This document shows, one piece after another, positions 29,625-41,458 of a stretch of DNA of 64,000 nt. Source of the DNA: Eledone cirrhosa. Lineage: Eukaryota. The stretch is taken from the NCBI GenBank assembly GCA_964016885.1, contig OZ024746.1, positions 37,200,001 to 37,264,000 of the forward strand, written 5' to 3'. Under the pieces are notes generated by a model. That model made no database searches. It was not told the origin of the DNA and worked only from the letters and a program-made list of their open reading frames with translations. A program made the translations under genes and the position numbers. Each line of letters starts with the position of its first letter. Positions within the stretch are counted from its first letter, which is position 1.

Positions 29625-31272
29625 TTATTCAATGATTTTTTTACATACTTGACCTCCTTTTTAACACAAGAGACATATAGAATCATATGTATATATTGAC
29701 CCACAGTGGGTTGACATCCATTATAATAATATAGCATGGCAATTTACATACACAGATTACAGTCATATTAAAGGACAAAATTTAAGTTAAAATAAAAATT
29801 AAAATTAAAATTAAATTAAAATAAAACATTGGCAGTTTACGAAGATAAAGCAAGAGGATAGTTTGGAGTAGCCAGTGTATGCAAGAGTCACACGTGAGGC
29901 ATGCACGCGTGTCCTATTTATACAAGATTATAGTGCGGCAGATTGTTACATGTAAAACAAGCAGTCAAAGCAGGCAATCAAGGGCATCATGCGTCCTGTA
30001 CTGGTAAAGCATTTTTCACACACACCTGTACGATATAGAAGCCAGTGTGTAGAGAAACACCAAAAATATCAAAAATATTACAAATGAGAAACAAAACAGC
30101 ACCACTGTCCTCGCACACACCACCACTCTCACAATCCAGGAGACGCAATGTATAGGCTACACGTCCATCACACAATCCACAATGATTCAACATTGGGTGC
30201 CTGGTGAACCATGTTAGAACATCACAACTTGTCGTTCTCTAATTCGATTCTATAGAGCAGGTTGTTTTTGTTGTGAGTGTTGACATGGTATTATATTCCG
30301 GAAGTGCGTGTGTGATTAAGGGGAGTTAATGCGTAAGGGGAGGTAACTAGCTGATTTCTATAGCTAAATGTATTATCCTAAAGTACATTAATGGTGTCTC
30401 AAATGAGTCCTTATCATATAAGGTTATAAACAATTTCTAAATTTAAGTATCTTATCTATAAATTATAGTGTAGTCTATCAAGAAGTACTAAAGGTGTTCA
30501 TATTAGGATGATTACCTTCTATCATAGAGTGCCACAACCGTATATTCTACATGAAGGGTCAGATCTCCAAATCAATGATCTTTGTAAGTGTAGTCCACCC
30601 GCAGAACCTGGCATTTGGCTATAGAAATTTAGCTATAGAAATCAACTAGTTACCTCCCCTTACGCATTAACTCCCCTTAATCACACACGCACTTCGGGAA
30701 TATAATACGATGTCAACTCTCACAACAAAAACAACCTGCTCTATAGAATCGAATTAGAGAACGATAAGCTGTAATGTTCTAACATGGTTCACCAGACACC
30801 CAATGTTGAATCATCGTGGATTGTGTGATGGACATGTCTATACATTGCGTTTCCTGGATTGTGAGAGTGGTGGTGTGTGCGAGGACAGTGGTGCTGGTTT
30901 GCTTCTCATTTGTAATATTTTTGATATTTTTGGTGTTCTCTACACACGGGCTTCTATATCGTACAGGTGTATGTGAAAAATGCTTTACCAGTACAGCCCC
31001 CATGATGCTCTTGATTGCCTGCTTTGACTGCTTGTTTTACATGTAACAATCTGCCGCACTGTAATCTTGTATAAATAGGACACGCGTGCATGCCTCACGT
31101 GTGACTGTTGCATACACTGGCTACTCCAAACTATCCTCTTGCTTTATCTTCGTAAACTGCCAATGTTTTATTTTAATTTTATTTTAATTTTAATTTTAAC
31201 TTTAATTTTGTCCTTTAATATGACTGTAATCTTTGTATGTAAATTGCCATGCTATATTATTATAATGAATAA

Positions 31273-31320
31273 TTTCTCCGAAGACTCAAACCTCGGTTTG
31301 AAAGAAACAATTGTAAGCAA
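31273..31320 (+). ncRNA. Minimal type I hammerhead-like motif (family F, C4 variant core)
   Basis: tttct CCGAAGA c tcaaac-ctcg-gtttga aa GAAA caattg TA agcaa. Confidence 0.6.
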
Positions 31321-31528
31321 ATAAATGATTTAAACAGAACTTTGATTCATGTAATTTCTATATATATATTTAAATATATTTATATATGGGCGTGTGTGTC
31401 CAAGCCTTGTAAATTGTAATATCGTTAGAAGACCAGATAATTTCTACCCTTCAGGTTTATAAATAATACATTTTGTCTCATGGCACATCAGAATGTGACA
31501 ATACAAGATACTTATTTTTCGCTGATAA

Positions 31529-33519
31529 CACCGTGTAAAATATTTTTTGTTCCCCGTTTCTAAGTGTCATTTCATGGTTTGTTATATCCCATTATTATAA
31601 AAAAAACATTATTATTTAATCAGAAGTTTGGGTTTGTGGTTAGGAGTTTGATATTTTGAAATGTTCATATTTAAAAAAAAAAAACACATTTAAAAAAAAT
31701 GTATCAGATCATATAATTAAAGCAACAGAGTATATATTTATTCTATTACACAAGCTTATCAAAAGCAAACAAGTAAAAACAAATAACAATTGTAAAGCAA
31801 CTTATACACGTCAGAAATAACTGGATTTCCTGGATTTGTCGTTGTAGTCCAGGTCGCATACCCGCACTACCCCCAGATATAGTCCCCCATCATGTTTTCA
31901 CTGTAGTGGCCCTGGTACCTCCGCCCTATTTCTTTCACATCTTGGTGGAATCGTTCACCTTGTTTTTTTAGTAGGCGCCCATATTGTCCTTGAATATTTC
32001 CAGGTGAGCGTCCAGCATATGGAGATGAAGCGACATCCTGCATCCCATGGCGCCAAAAGCATTTATCAGATCCTGCACCAGTTGCTGGTAGATTTCAGCT
32101 CTGTAGTTGCCCAGGAAGCCCTTAACAACTGCCTTGAAACAGTTCCATACTGTTCTCTCAATCCTATTGAGCTTATTGGAGAACTTGGTAGACTCAAACA
32201 CCTTCTTTACCTGAGGTCCAACAAAAATACCACCTTTGACTTAGCCTCAGATAACCTGGGGAAGAACTCATGAATGTACTTAAAAGCGGCTGATTCTTGG
32301 CTGAGTGCCTTTCAAAACCGCTTCCTCAACCCCAAATTAATGTGCAGTGGCGGCATGAGCACAATCCTGTGATAAACCAGTGGCTCCCACATGACGTTCC
32401 GGGTCCCAACTACTAATTCTGTTCAGTGCTCCCAGTTCTTTCTTATATAGTGGTCAGAGGTGGCTCTGCTGTCCCAAAGGCAGAGGAAACATTGGGATGT
32501 GATAAAGCCTCCTTGGCGTCCAATCAGGAAAGGCACCATCTTGAAGTCTCCTATGATTTCCCAATTGTACTGCTTGTATTGCAGAGCTTCCAAGAGAATT
32601 TTCACACTGTTGTAATCTTCTTTCAGGCAGACTGAATGAGCTAGCGGCAGTGTCGGGAACTTGTTTCCATTGTGCAGGAGGACAGCCTTCAAACTTGTGG
32701 TGGAGCTGTATATAAATAGCCGCCACTCCTTAGGCACAAACGGCACCCCAATAACGTCAAACAGTCCAGACACATCATAGCAGAATGAGAGGCTATCCCT
32801 AATATTGTAAAAGCCTGAGAAAGGTTCGTGTCGACTTCTCTGACTTGTCACCTGCACTTCCTCCTTAACCAAGTTCCACTGCTTCATCCTGGAGACTAAT
32901 AACTCTGAATTGGACATGGTCAGACCCACATCCCTGACCAAGTATTTGTCTTCTTTTGGGTTTGGCAAGTGAGGAACTTTTTCTGGTACCTCAGGCAGGT
33001 AATCCATATCCTCAGCATCCATCCCTCATCTTCATCAGAATACTTGTCTTGGAAAATAAATTTGATATGCAATACAAAATAAATATTGGTAAGGGAAATA
33101 CATATTTAAATAATATAAAAGAACACTAATCATACTAATGAAAATTCGTGCATAAAACACAACTTAACCTTTATACAGGGTTCGAAAATCCAGTATCAAT
33201 AAATCTCTTTAATCCACTTTTTAACAATTTTATACTTTATTGCACTTTTATAATTTTCTTTAGGTATTACTCTTTATTTTATAATTTTAATTTAACCTGA
33301 AACATATATAAAAACATCATTTAACATAAGTAAATTAAACTTACATACAACGTAAAATCCAGCATACAAATAATTCTAGTGAATAGCTTATAATTTTTAC
33401 AAACCCACATCTGTTACTGTTAAATAGCACTTTTTTTTATTTATTTGGGACCTAAGCAACACAAAAAAGTGATTACAAGCCAGGAACAGAGAATGTTTTA
33501 TTTATTTTGTGACACGGTG
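31529..33519 (-). mobile_element. CMC-superfamily (Chapaev3-like) DNA transposon, internally deleted
   Basis: Imperfect TIRs 5'-CACCGTGT..AAAATA..TGTTCC at both ends, flanked by TAA and TTA (TWA-type target); encloses a transposase remnant. Confidence 0.75.
31812..33022 (-). pseudogene. Chapaev3-like DDE transposase, frameshifted
   Basis: WRLFIYSS..SLKAVLLHNGN, GDFK, CFLC (C2C), PPLHINLG (LH), HMLDAH, QGERFHQD..RYQG..MMGDY; CMC signature motifs; the first catalytic D appears mutated to Y. Confidence 0.8.
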
Positions 33520-33919
33520 TTATTTAACAACATTCATTGAATGGTATGTTGTATTTAAAGAAACAACAAACCGCTCGCCTCTCATTTAAAATTATTCAGA
33601 TATTGCATCCATTTACTTACTTTCAAAGAGACAGGGACATACACACAAATATTTTAGGAATGAATCAAAGGAAGGATTCAGATCCGCATAAATTAGATTT
33701 GAAATGTCGATTTACAAACGACTGCTATTAACATATTACCGTAATGTTGTTATTCATAATCTCAGGTGGCAGGGAAAGTACACACAGATCAGAATTGCCT
33801 TTCGGAAATTATATATATCTCAAAACAAAAATGAACATACGCCTTCTGTTTCGAGAAGATATTGCCGATCTCTGAATAATATCAGTTTTATTATTAATCG
33901 GTTTTATTATTAAAGTGAA

Positions 33920-34118
33920 GGGCGCTTGGTAGGAAGTATCATTTGGGCGTTGGATAACAATATAGCTACGCTTCTTTACTTTCTGAGTTCAAATCTCAGC
34001 GAGGTTAGCTTTCTCTTTCATCCTTAGAGTTTCGACAAAATTAAAGTAAAGTGGGCTCGATTTAATTGTCTTTCATCGCACCCGAAATTGTTGGTCTTGT
34101 GCCTAAATCGGAACCCAT
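33920..34118 (+). mobile_element. Old diverged copy of the tRNA-derived SINE family
   Basis: GAGTTCAAATCTCAGCGAGGTTAGCTTTCTCTTTCATCCTT...GGTCTTGTGCCTAAAT. Confidence 0.7.
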
Positions 34119-35001
34119 AACGTGCAATTAAGAAGAGGTAACAGCACACAGACAAGGTATACCAATCTGGCAAATGTACAAATCCTTTGTAATATAGAGA
34201 CTATATCAACAATACGGATGCCATTAAACAATGTAAACAATTGCTATTTTGAAGACGGATATATCAACGATTGAAATGATGATTTCCTCTATCTTTTAGT
34301 GAATACCCTAATTCAAATGAAGAAGTTCAATGGATTTTATTTACATTGCTAGTTCAGATTACAATGTGGAAAAAGCGATGAAGAAAGTTTTACTGTGGGT
34401 CGAACATAGTTGATTAAGTATGAATCATGTTTATCATTATTATGAAATAGTGAAGATATTTTTGAACAGAGTCGAATCAACATGACGGAGGGCAATCCCC
34501 CCCAAAAGGCATTGATTACATGAGAGGTTAAAGCCCAATTTTCTGATTCTTTTGTATTCTAATTCTTCTATAGCTGAATATAAATATATGAACATATGTA
34601 AATGGTAAAAAATAAAGGTAAATTCGCTGTTCTAAGATACTAACAGAGCACCTTCTTTTACAGATATTTATATTCCAGTACATGTAAGAATAAATCAAAT
34701 GCTAACGAGCAAAATATATGGCGACAATATAACTAATCTGTAAAGATAAAAAGTGGATTGAGAATTAATTCGTTTGCAAGACAAATACGATAAGAACAAA
34801 TATTTCTTTGAAAATGTCAATGAAGAAGACAGTAGAAGGATAAACATGTTTAAATTATAAAGAGATGACTTAATAATTCATATAATTAGATATGAAGAAG
34901 TATCACTCTTTAATTACACGTCTTGCACATATTATAATATACCGAAGATAGTTCACTCTTTCAACGTACTGCAGAGCATTATAACATGTATGGTTTAAAA
35001 T

Positions 35002-35099
<98 letters not shown>

Positions 35100-35199
35100 T
35101 GGGTGTGTGTGTGTGTATGTGTGTGTTTGTTTGCGTGTATGTATGTGTGTGTGTGTGTATGTGTATATGTGTGTCTGATATTTGTTTCATTTCACTTCA

Positions 35200-35960
35200 A
35201 TGCATACATCTGGAGAGTTTGAGGGCCAGCCCGCAGTTGATAGGTGGTGGAGAGAGTGGGTATTCTAAGTGGTATATAGAACATGTAGTCTTATTCTTAT
35301 AGTAGTGTTTATTGTTGAGAGCCATTTGAGTTGGTAGGCACCTTGGCAAAAGCGGGCTTCAAGATTCAGTTTTATCCTGTCGTCTAGTAGCTGACTTAAT
35401 ATACATTTTAGGTCAAACCTGAGGTGTTTATGTTCTTCGTATGATAACGATCCTGTCATGTCTGCGACGAGAGTTGTGTTGTTGTTTGAAGTGTCGGTGA
35501 CATCAATGGTGGTAGTTTGTTGACTGTCTCTGATATTGTAGTGCAAAGAATTGTTATACCCGAGGTGCTTCTTGAAAAGCCATAGGAATTTGTATTTCAG
35601 GCATTTCTTCTCGATATTAAGGTGGTTGTAATGACATCCATTTATAGCAGCGGTTGTTTTCTAGAGTAGTGACTCTGGGGTTATAATTAGCTTTGGATGT
35701 GTGTCGGTGATTTTTTGTATGTGTTGCTGGAGTTGGTAGTGTAAGTGTCGTACGATTTTCTTGATGCAGAATTTGCGTAAGAAGTCTAGAGGTTGCCTGA
35801 GGTTTGGTAAGTAGAAGCATGTTGGTAAGTGCATGTTCTTGATTGTGTTGCGGATTACACTGATTTTGAGGCAACGATTTAGAAAGATTACTAGGAAACT
35901 TTTACTTTTCGTTACCTCATCTTACAGTCCATTTTGCTTTGTTTAGCTTTCTAGCTCTTT
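35200..35960 (-). pseudogene. Possible N-terminal part of a PLE ORF
   Basis: HLRFDLKCILSQL..RIKLNL resembles the H..F..RC...P..L.L motif I recall from PLE N-termini; otherwise low complexity. Confidence 0.3.
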
Positions 35961-36024
35961 TAACGTTATATATTATATATAATGCTGCTTCAAGCAAACT
36001 ATAACATATTATTATATATATACA

Positions 36025-36212
36025 AGGGCGGTGGATTGGCAGCATCGGTAGAGGGTCGGACGCTATGCTTTGATGTATCGAGTTACGGCCCTTGCTATTC
36101 TGAGTTCAAATCCCGCCGAGGTTAACTTTGCCTTTCACCCTTACGGGGTCGATAAAATAAAGTACCAGTAATGCTCTGGGTAATTTCTGGCCTTGTGCCA
36201 AACGTAGAAACA
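36025..36212 (+). mobile_element. Full-length tRNA-derived SINE with 17-bp TSD
   Basis: A/B boxes, body and tail; ATTATTATATATATACA at 36008-36024 and 36213-36229. Confidence 0.9.
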
Positions 36213-36834
36213 ATTATTATATATATACATATATATATATATAATAGAGAGAGAGACAGAGAGGGAGAGAGAGAGAGATGTGGTAGGGAGGCTAATAATC
36301 AGCCATATCACGTCAATACCACACACTTGGGCTGATATTGTATTACTAACGAACGAATTCTTCCCAGCACTTATTTTGCCCACGGTAAGAATCCCCATTT
36401 GCCAGTATAAACTCAATAATAATCTAATAAGCAGTTCAATGGCCAAGCAGATGCAGGTGGAATCAAGAAATTGCGAATTGAAAGGTTTGTGCAGATAACA
36501 AAATATAGGGTGTAATTAAGTTAGATTCATGTAATTAATTTATTTTATCTTACCTTGAGGTGGTTGACTTACGCGATAACTAAATGCTGCTCTATCAATA
36601 TCTTTTAATTTTTCCTTCCTATTTGGTGGGGAACAGGTGGAAATGAATTCTTATAACTGACATATTTGCTTGCTTCATATTATATTTCGTTTTACTTTCT
36701 TCGTTTAGGTTTACATTATAATTTATATCATCCAATTTAATAATGCATATCCCAACCAATATCGCATATTCGATAATTTCTATTCCTCTAATAATCTGTT
36801 CATCTATTTATCTCTAAATCTATCTATCAATCAA

Positions 36835-37045
36835 TTAACCTATCTATCTATCTATCTATCTATCTATTTATTGTATGTAAACTTCCCCCTTTGTATGTGT
36901 CCCCTTCTTTTGTGCCCTTGTGGCTAATAAAGAAACCTATCTATCTATCTATCTATTTATCTATATATCTATCTATCTATTTCTCTATCTATCTATCTAT
37001 TTCTCTATCTATGTATCTATCTATCTATTTCTCTATCTATCTATC
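36835..37045. repeat. (CTAT)n microsatellite interrupted by a ~65-bp LINE 3' end (36870-36935)
   Basis: Insert ends GCCCTTGTGGCTAATAAAGAAA, similar to GCCCTGATGGCAAATAAATAGAAAG at 39403-39428. Confidence 0.75.
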
Positions 37046-37046
37046 T

Positions 37047-39429
37047 CGAAGAAGATAGACGTGATTTTGTTTCGCTCCTGCATTTTGTCGGAATTTATTA
37101 CGAGAAGCGGTAGGTTTGTTTAAGGTACTTTTTATTTGTTGTGTTTAACACCTCGCCTGAGCCTGCAGAGCTTGGGTAAAATAAATGTTGGGGGCGAAAT
37201 TTGATAGTTATAAGTTATCGATAAAAATCGTTTAGTGACAATGGACGCCATTAACACGACGCATTCCACGCTCCCCAAGGAAAGTGATAGAGAGAAGGTA
37301 GCAGCACAACGCTGTAAGCTTTCCCTCCTCACTCCACGGAATCAAAATAAAAAAATATTGTGGAAATGGGTGAAAACCCCAAAAGAAACAATTATACAGA
37401 CAAGAACAACAATGACAATAACAACACAACCAACAACAGCAACAATGACAATAACAACAGAACCAATAACAGCAATAATGACAACACCAACAAAGGAATA
37501 AGCCAGCCAACACGAATAACAACAACAACGATGATAACAACACGAAAGAAAACGGATCCACAGCTGCAGTCTCCTTCGCACTGGCGGTTCGAGAAACGCA
37601 GACATAGAAGGCACTGAACATCTCTGAAAGAAATTGCTGAAAAAAATTGCTGAAAGAAGCAAGGTATTGTATAAGTTTTGGGGAAAGTGGGGAATTCACA
37701 ATTACCTCCCCTGAAGAAATTAGAAGGGACACAATCCGCAGGACGGTAATTTTTAGGTCAGTTTCGAACGCGACTAGGAAACCGGCTCAATTGTCTCAAA
37801 GCGAACATGCGCTGGTCCTAAGTAGTGCATGGAAGGATATCGCTTTCATACAGAAAGGGAAACTGTATGGAAGCATATATATTTTAATGCAAGATGAATT
37901 GGCGGCAAGGAAATATTCTGTGTCGCCAATTGTATCCAAAGCATACGCCTTTTTCCCCACATATTTGGGGAAAAGAACTCAAAAGATAAGAATCTCGGCA
38001 TCAGGCCAAATGTGAGCATATGGTGGGTGCTAACGGGATTCTCAGAAGATGAGGATACAATCCATTCGATAGGCGAATCCACCGAGGCGTATGCGGCGGC
38101 AATAGCCTTGAAGTCCTGGTTCAAATTAGACCAGAATGGATTACAAGAATACCGCAGCGTCTGCCCTTGGATGGAGTCACCTTCATAAACATTTCTGTTG
38201 AGGGCAGGCAGCCTTCACTTCTATAGCACCGTCATCTACTACCGCTTCACCGTCATGTCTTGCCCAGCGAAAACGCTCGCCAAAATGGAGCGCGCGCTCT
38301 TCCGATTCCTTTGGAAGAAGCGGGCCCCTTTGGTGAGATGATCCATCTGCTGTCAGCAACCTTCGAACGGAGGGCTGGCGGTGCCGTGGCTGACGATGCC
38401 TAGACACGCATTAAGGCTACGGCACCTCCAGGTATTCCTCACCGGTCAGCCGGTGTGGGCCCCTTTTGTGAGGCGAGCCTTTCCGAGACTCGTCTCACTC
38501 ACCGAGCTGTAATCCTGGGTCCAGAAAATACCGCGAAAAATGGACGACTGGCACATTGAATGTGCCCAGGAGAACACAGTCCTCTGGCAAGCGGATCCGG
38601 CAAACAGTGGAGACTCAACCACAACATTCTATAGAGGGTTGGTACGCAGCAAGTGCGACGAGGCTCTCGCAGAGGCTCTGGGCATGGAGGGAGACGAGCT
38701 AGCCAGTCTGTTCAGTAGGACGTTTGGCCCGGGACCGATGAACAACATCCAAACTCCCTGGATTGGCCGTGCTACCGAGGAGCTCTACCCGTTCGGGACA
38801 ACTCTACAGACACGGTTTCCAGGGTAGGGACCCCTCGAAGAAGATCTGTCCGAGATGGGTGCGTGACGAGGAAACCGTCACTCATGCATTCGTACACTGC
38901 CCGGGCGTTGCTGACCTGTGGGGCTATGTGGAACGACTACTGCCGCGGGTGGGACCAATCCGCTTGACCACCGAGTATATTGGCACGATCAAACCGTCTC
39001 CCCCCTTCAAAAACGAAGGAAAGGTGGTTTTCCTCTGTGTGATAGCTATGGAAAAAGAGTTTGTATGGTGGACGAGGTTGAAAGGGCTGAGGTCAGACAC
39101 TTTTCTCTCCGGCCAACAACTGTTCCTTTTTTTCAAGTACCATTTTAGAAGAAGGATTAGAATGGTGAGAGAGGTGCTCTACGCCAGCATGTTTTATGAA
39201 AGGTGGGTGAAAGTGGCGAGAATGGACCGAGTGAATGGGCCTTCTCTCTATATCAGCCTATAGGTGAGAGAGGAGAAGAAAGTGGAGAGGAAGGAAGCAC
39301 CCGCTTTTTGTGCTGCTGAGGAGGAGGGTTGAACATTTTTTTCGGGGGTGTTGAAATGTATGTACCCCCCCCCCCACCCTTGTGTTTTTCCCAATATTTG
39401 ATGCCCTGATGGCAAATAAATAGAAAGTT
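37047..39429 (+). mobile_element. Tx1/L1-like LINE with large internal deletion (5' UTR, ORF1 remnant, 3' third of ORF2, 3' UTR)
   Basis: ORF1 RRTVIFR..PTYLGKRTQKIRIS; ORF2 VIYYR..LFRFLW..GGL, and CCHC-type CPRW..EETVTHAFVHC; stop at 39263; AATAAA at the 3' end; (CTAT)n on both sides. Confidence 0.85.
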
Positions 39430-39657
39430 ATCTATATATCTATCTATCTATCTATCTATATATATATATACATTTTGAGTATATGTTGGTTGTATACCAA
39501 CACCTAAGTATGCAGACTGTAGCACTCAACGAACTGCACAGTATGATTCTAGTTACTGAGTGAAATAACAACCAAACCAGGAACTCGCCATATCACAGTA
39601 TTGACAAAGTTAAACACCTCAAAAACGTGTTCACTCGTCTCTACCACACTAATTCGG

Positions 39658-39712
39658 ACTGCCTGAAGAGGTCACAGCCAAAGATGGCTGTCACCGAAAT
39701 ATATATAGCAGT
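39658..39712 (+). ncRNA. Minimal type I hammerhead ribozyme (family G) in a PLE-like tail (~39470-39750)
   Basis: actgc CTGAAGA ggt c acagcca-aaga-tggctgt c acc GAAA tatata TA gcagt, then AATAAA; canonical core and perfect stem I. Confidence 0.85.
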
Positions 39713-39749
39713 AATAAACGAAGCCAAATGTTAAACATTTCGGTCCCGT

Positions 39750-41458
39750 GTTCATAGGTTGGATCGCTGCCATGCACACCAGCATCTGCTCGTCAGTCAA
39801 AGTGATTGCTACCTATCAGAGCCATTCCAAATCATGCGTTCCATCCGTCAGGGATGCCTTCTCTCCTCCATTATTTATGTACTGACTCTCGAGCCGTTAC
39901 TGCGGAAGTTGGAGCTGTTGCAGAGCATCCAGATCGAACCAGGACTGCAGAAAGCAGCGTCCGCCTATGCCGACGCCATAACCGTAATGGTGTCGAAAAC
40001 CTCGGAAATCAGGGTAATCGGCAACCTATTACAGGAATACGTAACGTTGACAGGAGCAAGACTAAACAGAACGAAGTCTGTCGGTTTGCAACTTGGCACA
40101 TGGAGAGGCAACCCCATGCCTTCCGACAGTGTCGTTGGACGCTGGACGGAAGGACCGGTGAAATTGCTCGGGGTCTGGTTTGGTCCTGACCTCCAGGAGA
40201 ACAAGAACTGGAACGAGGTCACAACACTTACATAGCGTCTGTCATCTACTACCGCTTAATAGTCGTGTCTTGCCACCGCGAATACCTTACCAAAATGGAA
40301 CGCCTACTTTTCAAGTTCCTCTGGAAGAAACAGGCTCCATTGGTGAGGAGATCCATCTGCTGTCAAAACTCTTCTAAAGGAGGGCTGGGCATGCCGTGGC
40401 TGATGATGCGGAAACGTGCGCTGAGGCTACGACATCTCCAGTTATTTCTGACCGGTGAACCGGTGTGTCTGTCGTTTGTGAGACAAGCTCTTCTACAACT
40501 CGTCTCATTAACAGAGCTACAGTCCTGGGTCAAGCCAAGACTGAAAATGGTTGCCTGGCACCTCGAGTGTCTACAGGCGCTCACAGGCCCTCTACAGGCC
40601 CTCTACCAAGCGGAAACGGCAATCGGCGGAGACTCCACTTACAGGCCCTCTACCAAGCGGAAACGGCAATCGGCGGAGACTCCACTTCGACATTCTATAG
40701 GGGATTAGTTGAGGATAAGTGCAACGACGTTCTCGGGGAAACTCTAGGCATGGAGGAGGACGAACTGACCACTCTGTTCGGGAGGACTTTCCGTACAGAG
40801 CCTATGGATAACTTCCAGAGTTCACTGGCCTGGCAGTGCTACTGAGGAACTCTACCAGTTCGGGACAAAATCTACAGGCATGGACGCCCTGGCAGGGATC
40901 CTGCCAAAAGGACCTGTCCAAGATGCGAGCAGGACATCGAAACCGTTCTGCACGCAATTATCCAGTGCTCAGGGGTGACCGACCTGTGGAATTATGTGGA
41001 ACACCTGCTGTCATGTGTGGGACACATCCAGTTGTCAGCCGAGCCCATCGTGAGGATCACCCCGCCGCCTTCATTTAAGAACAAAGGAGAGGCGGTTTTC
41101 ATCTGTCTGGTGGCTATGGCGAAAGAGGTAATATGGTGGACGAGGTTAAAAGGACTGATGGCAACAATCTTTCTCTCCGGACAACAACGTATCCACTTCT
41201 TTAAGTATCACTTCAGAAGGAAAGTAAGAGTGGAGAGGGAGGTGCTACATCCCAGTAAATTCGCTGAAAGGTGGGTGAATGTGGCAAAAGTGGTCCGAGG
41301 GAATGAGCCTTCTCTGTATATAAACCTGTAGGTTGAGGAATATAAACAGAGGAAAGACAGTAACTCCTACACAACGTGTTCCTTGTGTTGAGGGTTGTTC
41401 TATCCACGAGGTGTAAAACAACCCTGCAGCAACGTTCCCCCCTACTGGGGATTTCACC
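39750..41458 (+). mobile_element. Tx1/L1-like LINE ORF2 3' half (RT motifs to C-terminal zinc finger), pseudogenised
   Basis: SIRQGCLLS..YVLTLEPLL, SAYADAIT, GARLNRTKS, VKLLGVWF, GGLGMP, CPRC..ETVLHAIIQC; stop at 41331; ~47-bp tandem duplication at 40593-40687. Confidence 0.9.

Larger units (their letters stand above)
29532..31364. mobile_element. 1.8-kb fold-back element (family F): arms 29532-30370 and 30612-31364, HHR near each outer end
   Basis: Arms align as reverse complements with scattered substitutions and a ~100 bp indel at 29625-29720; no recognisable coding content; both ends at TATA(TA). Confidence 0.85.

Noticed and set aside
29532-31364. Interpretation of the long inverted repeats as MITE/Foldback DNA transposons
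   Set aside because: No shared TIR signature or clear TSD; the arms carry HHRs and, in family C, match a PLE 3' UTR
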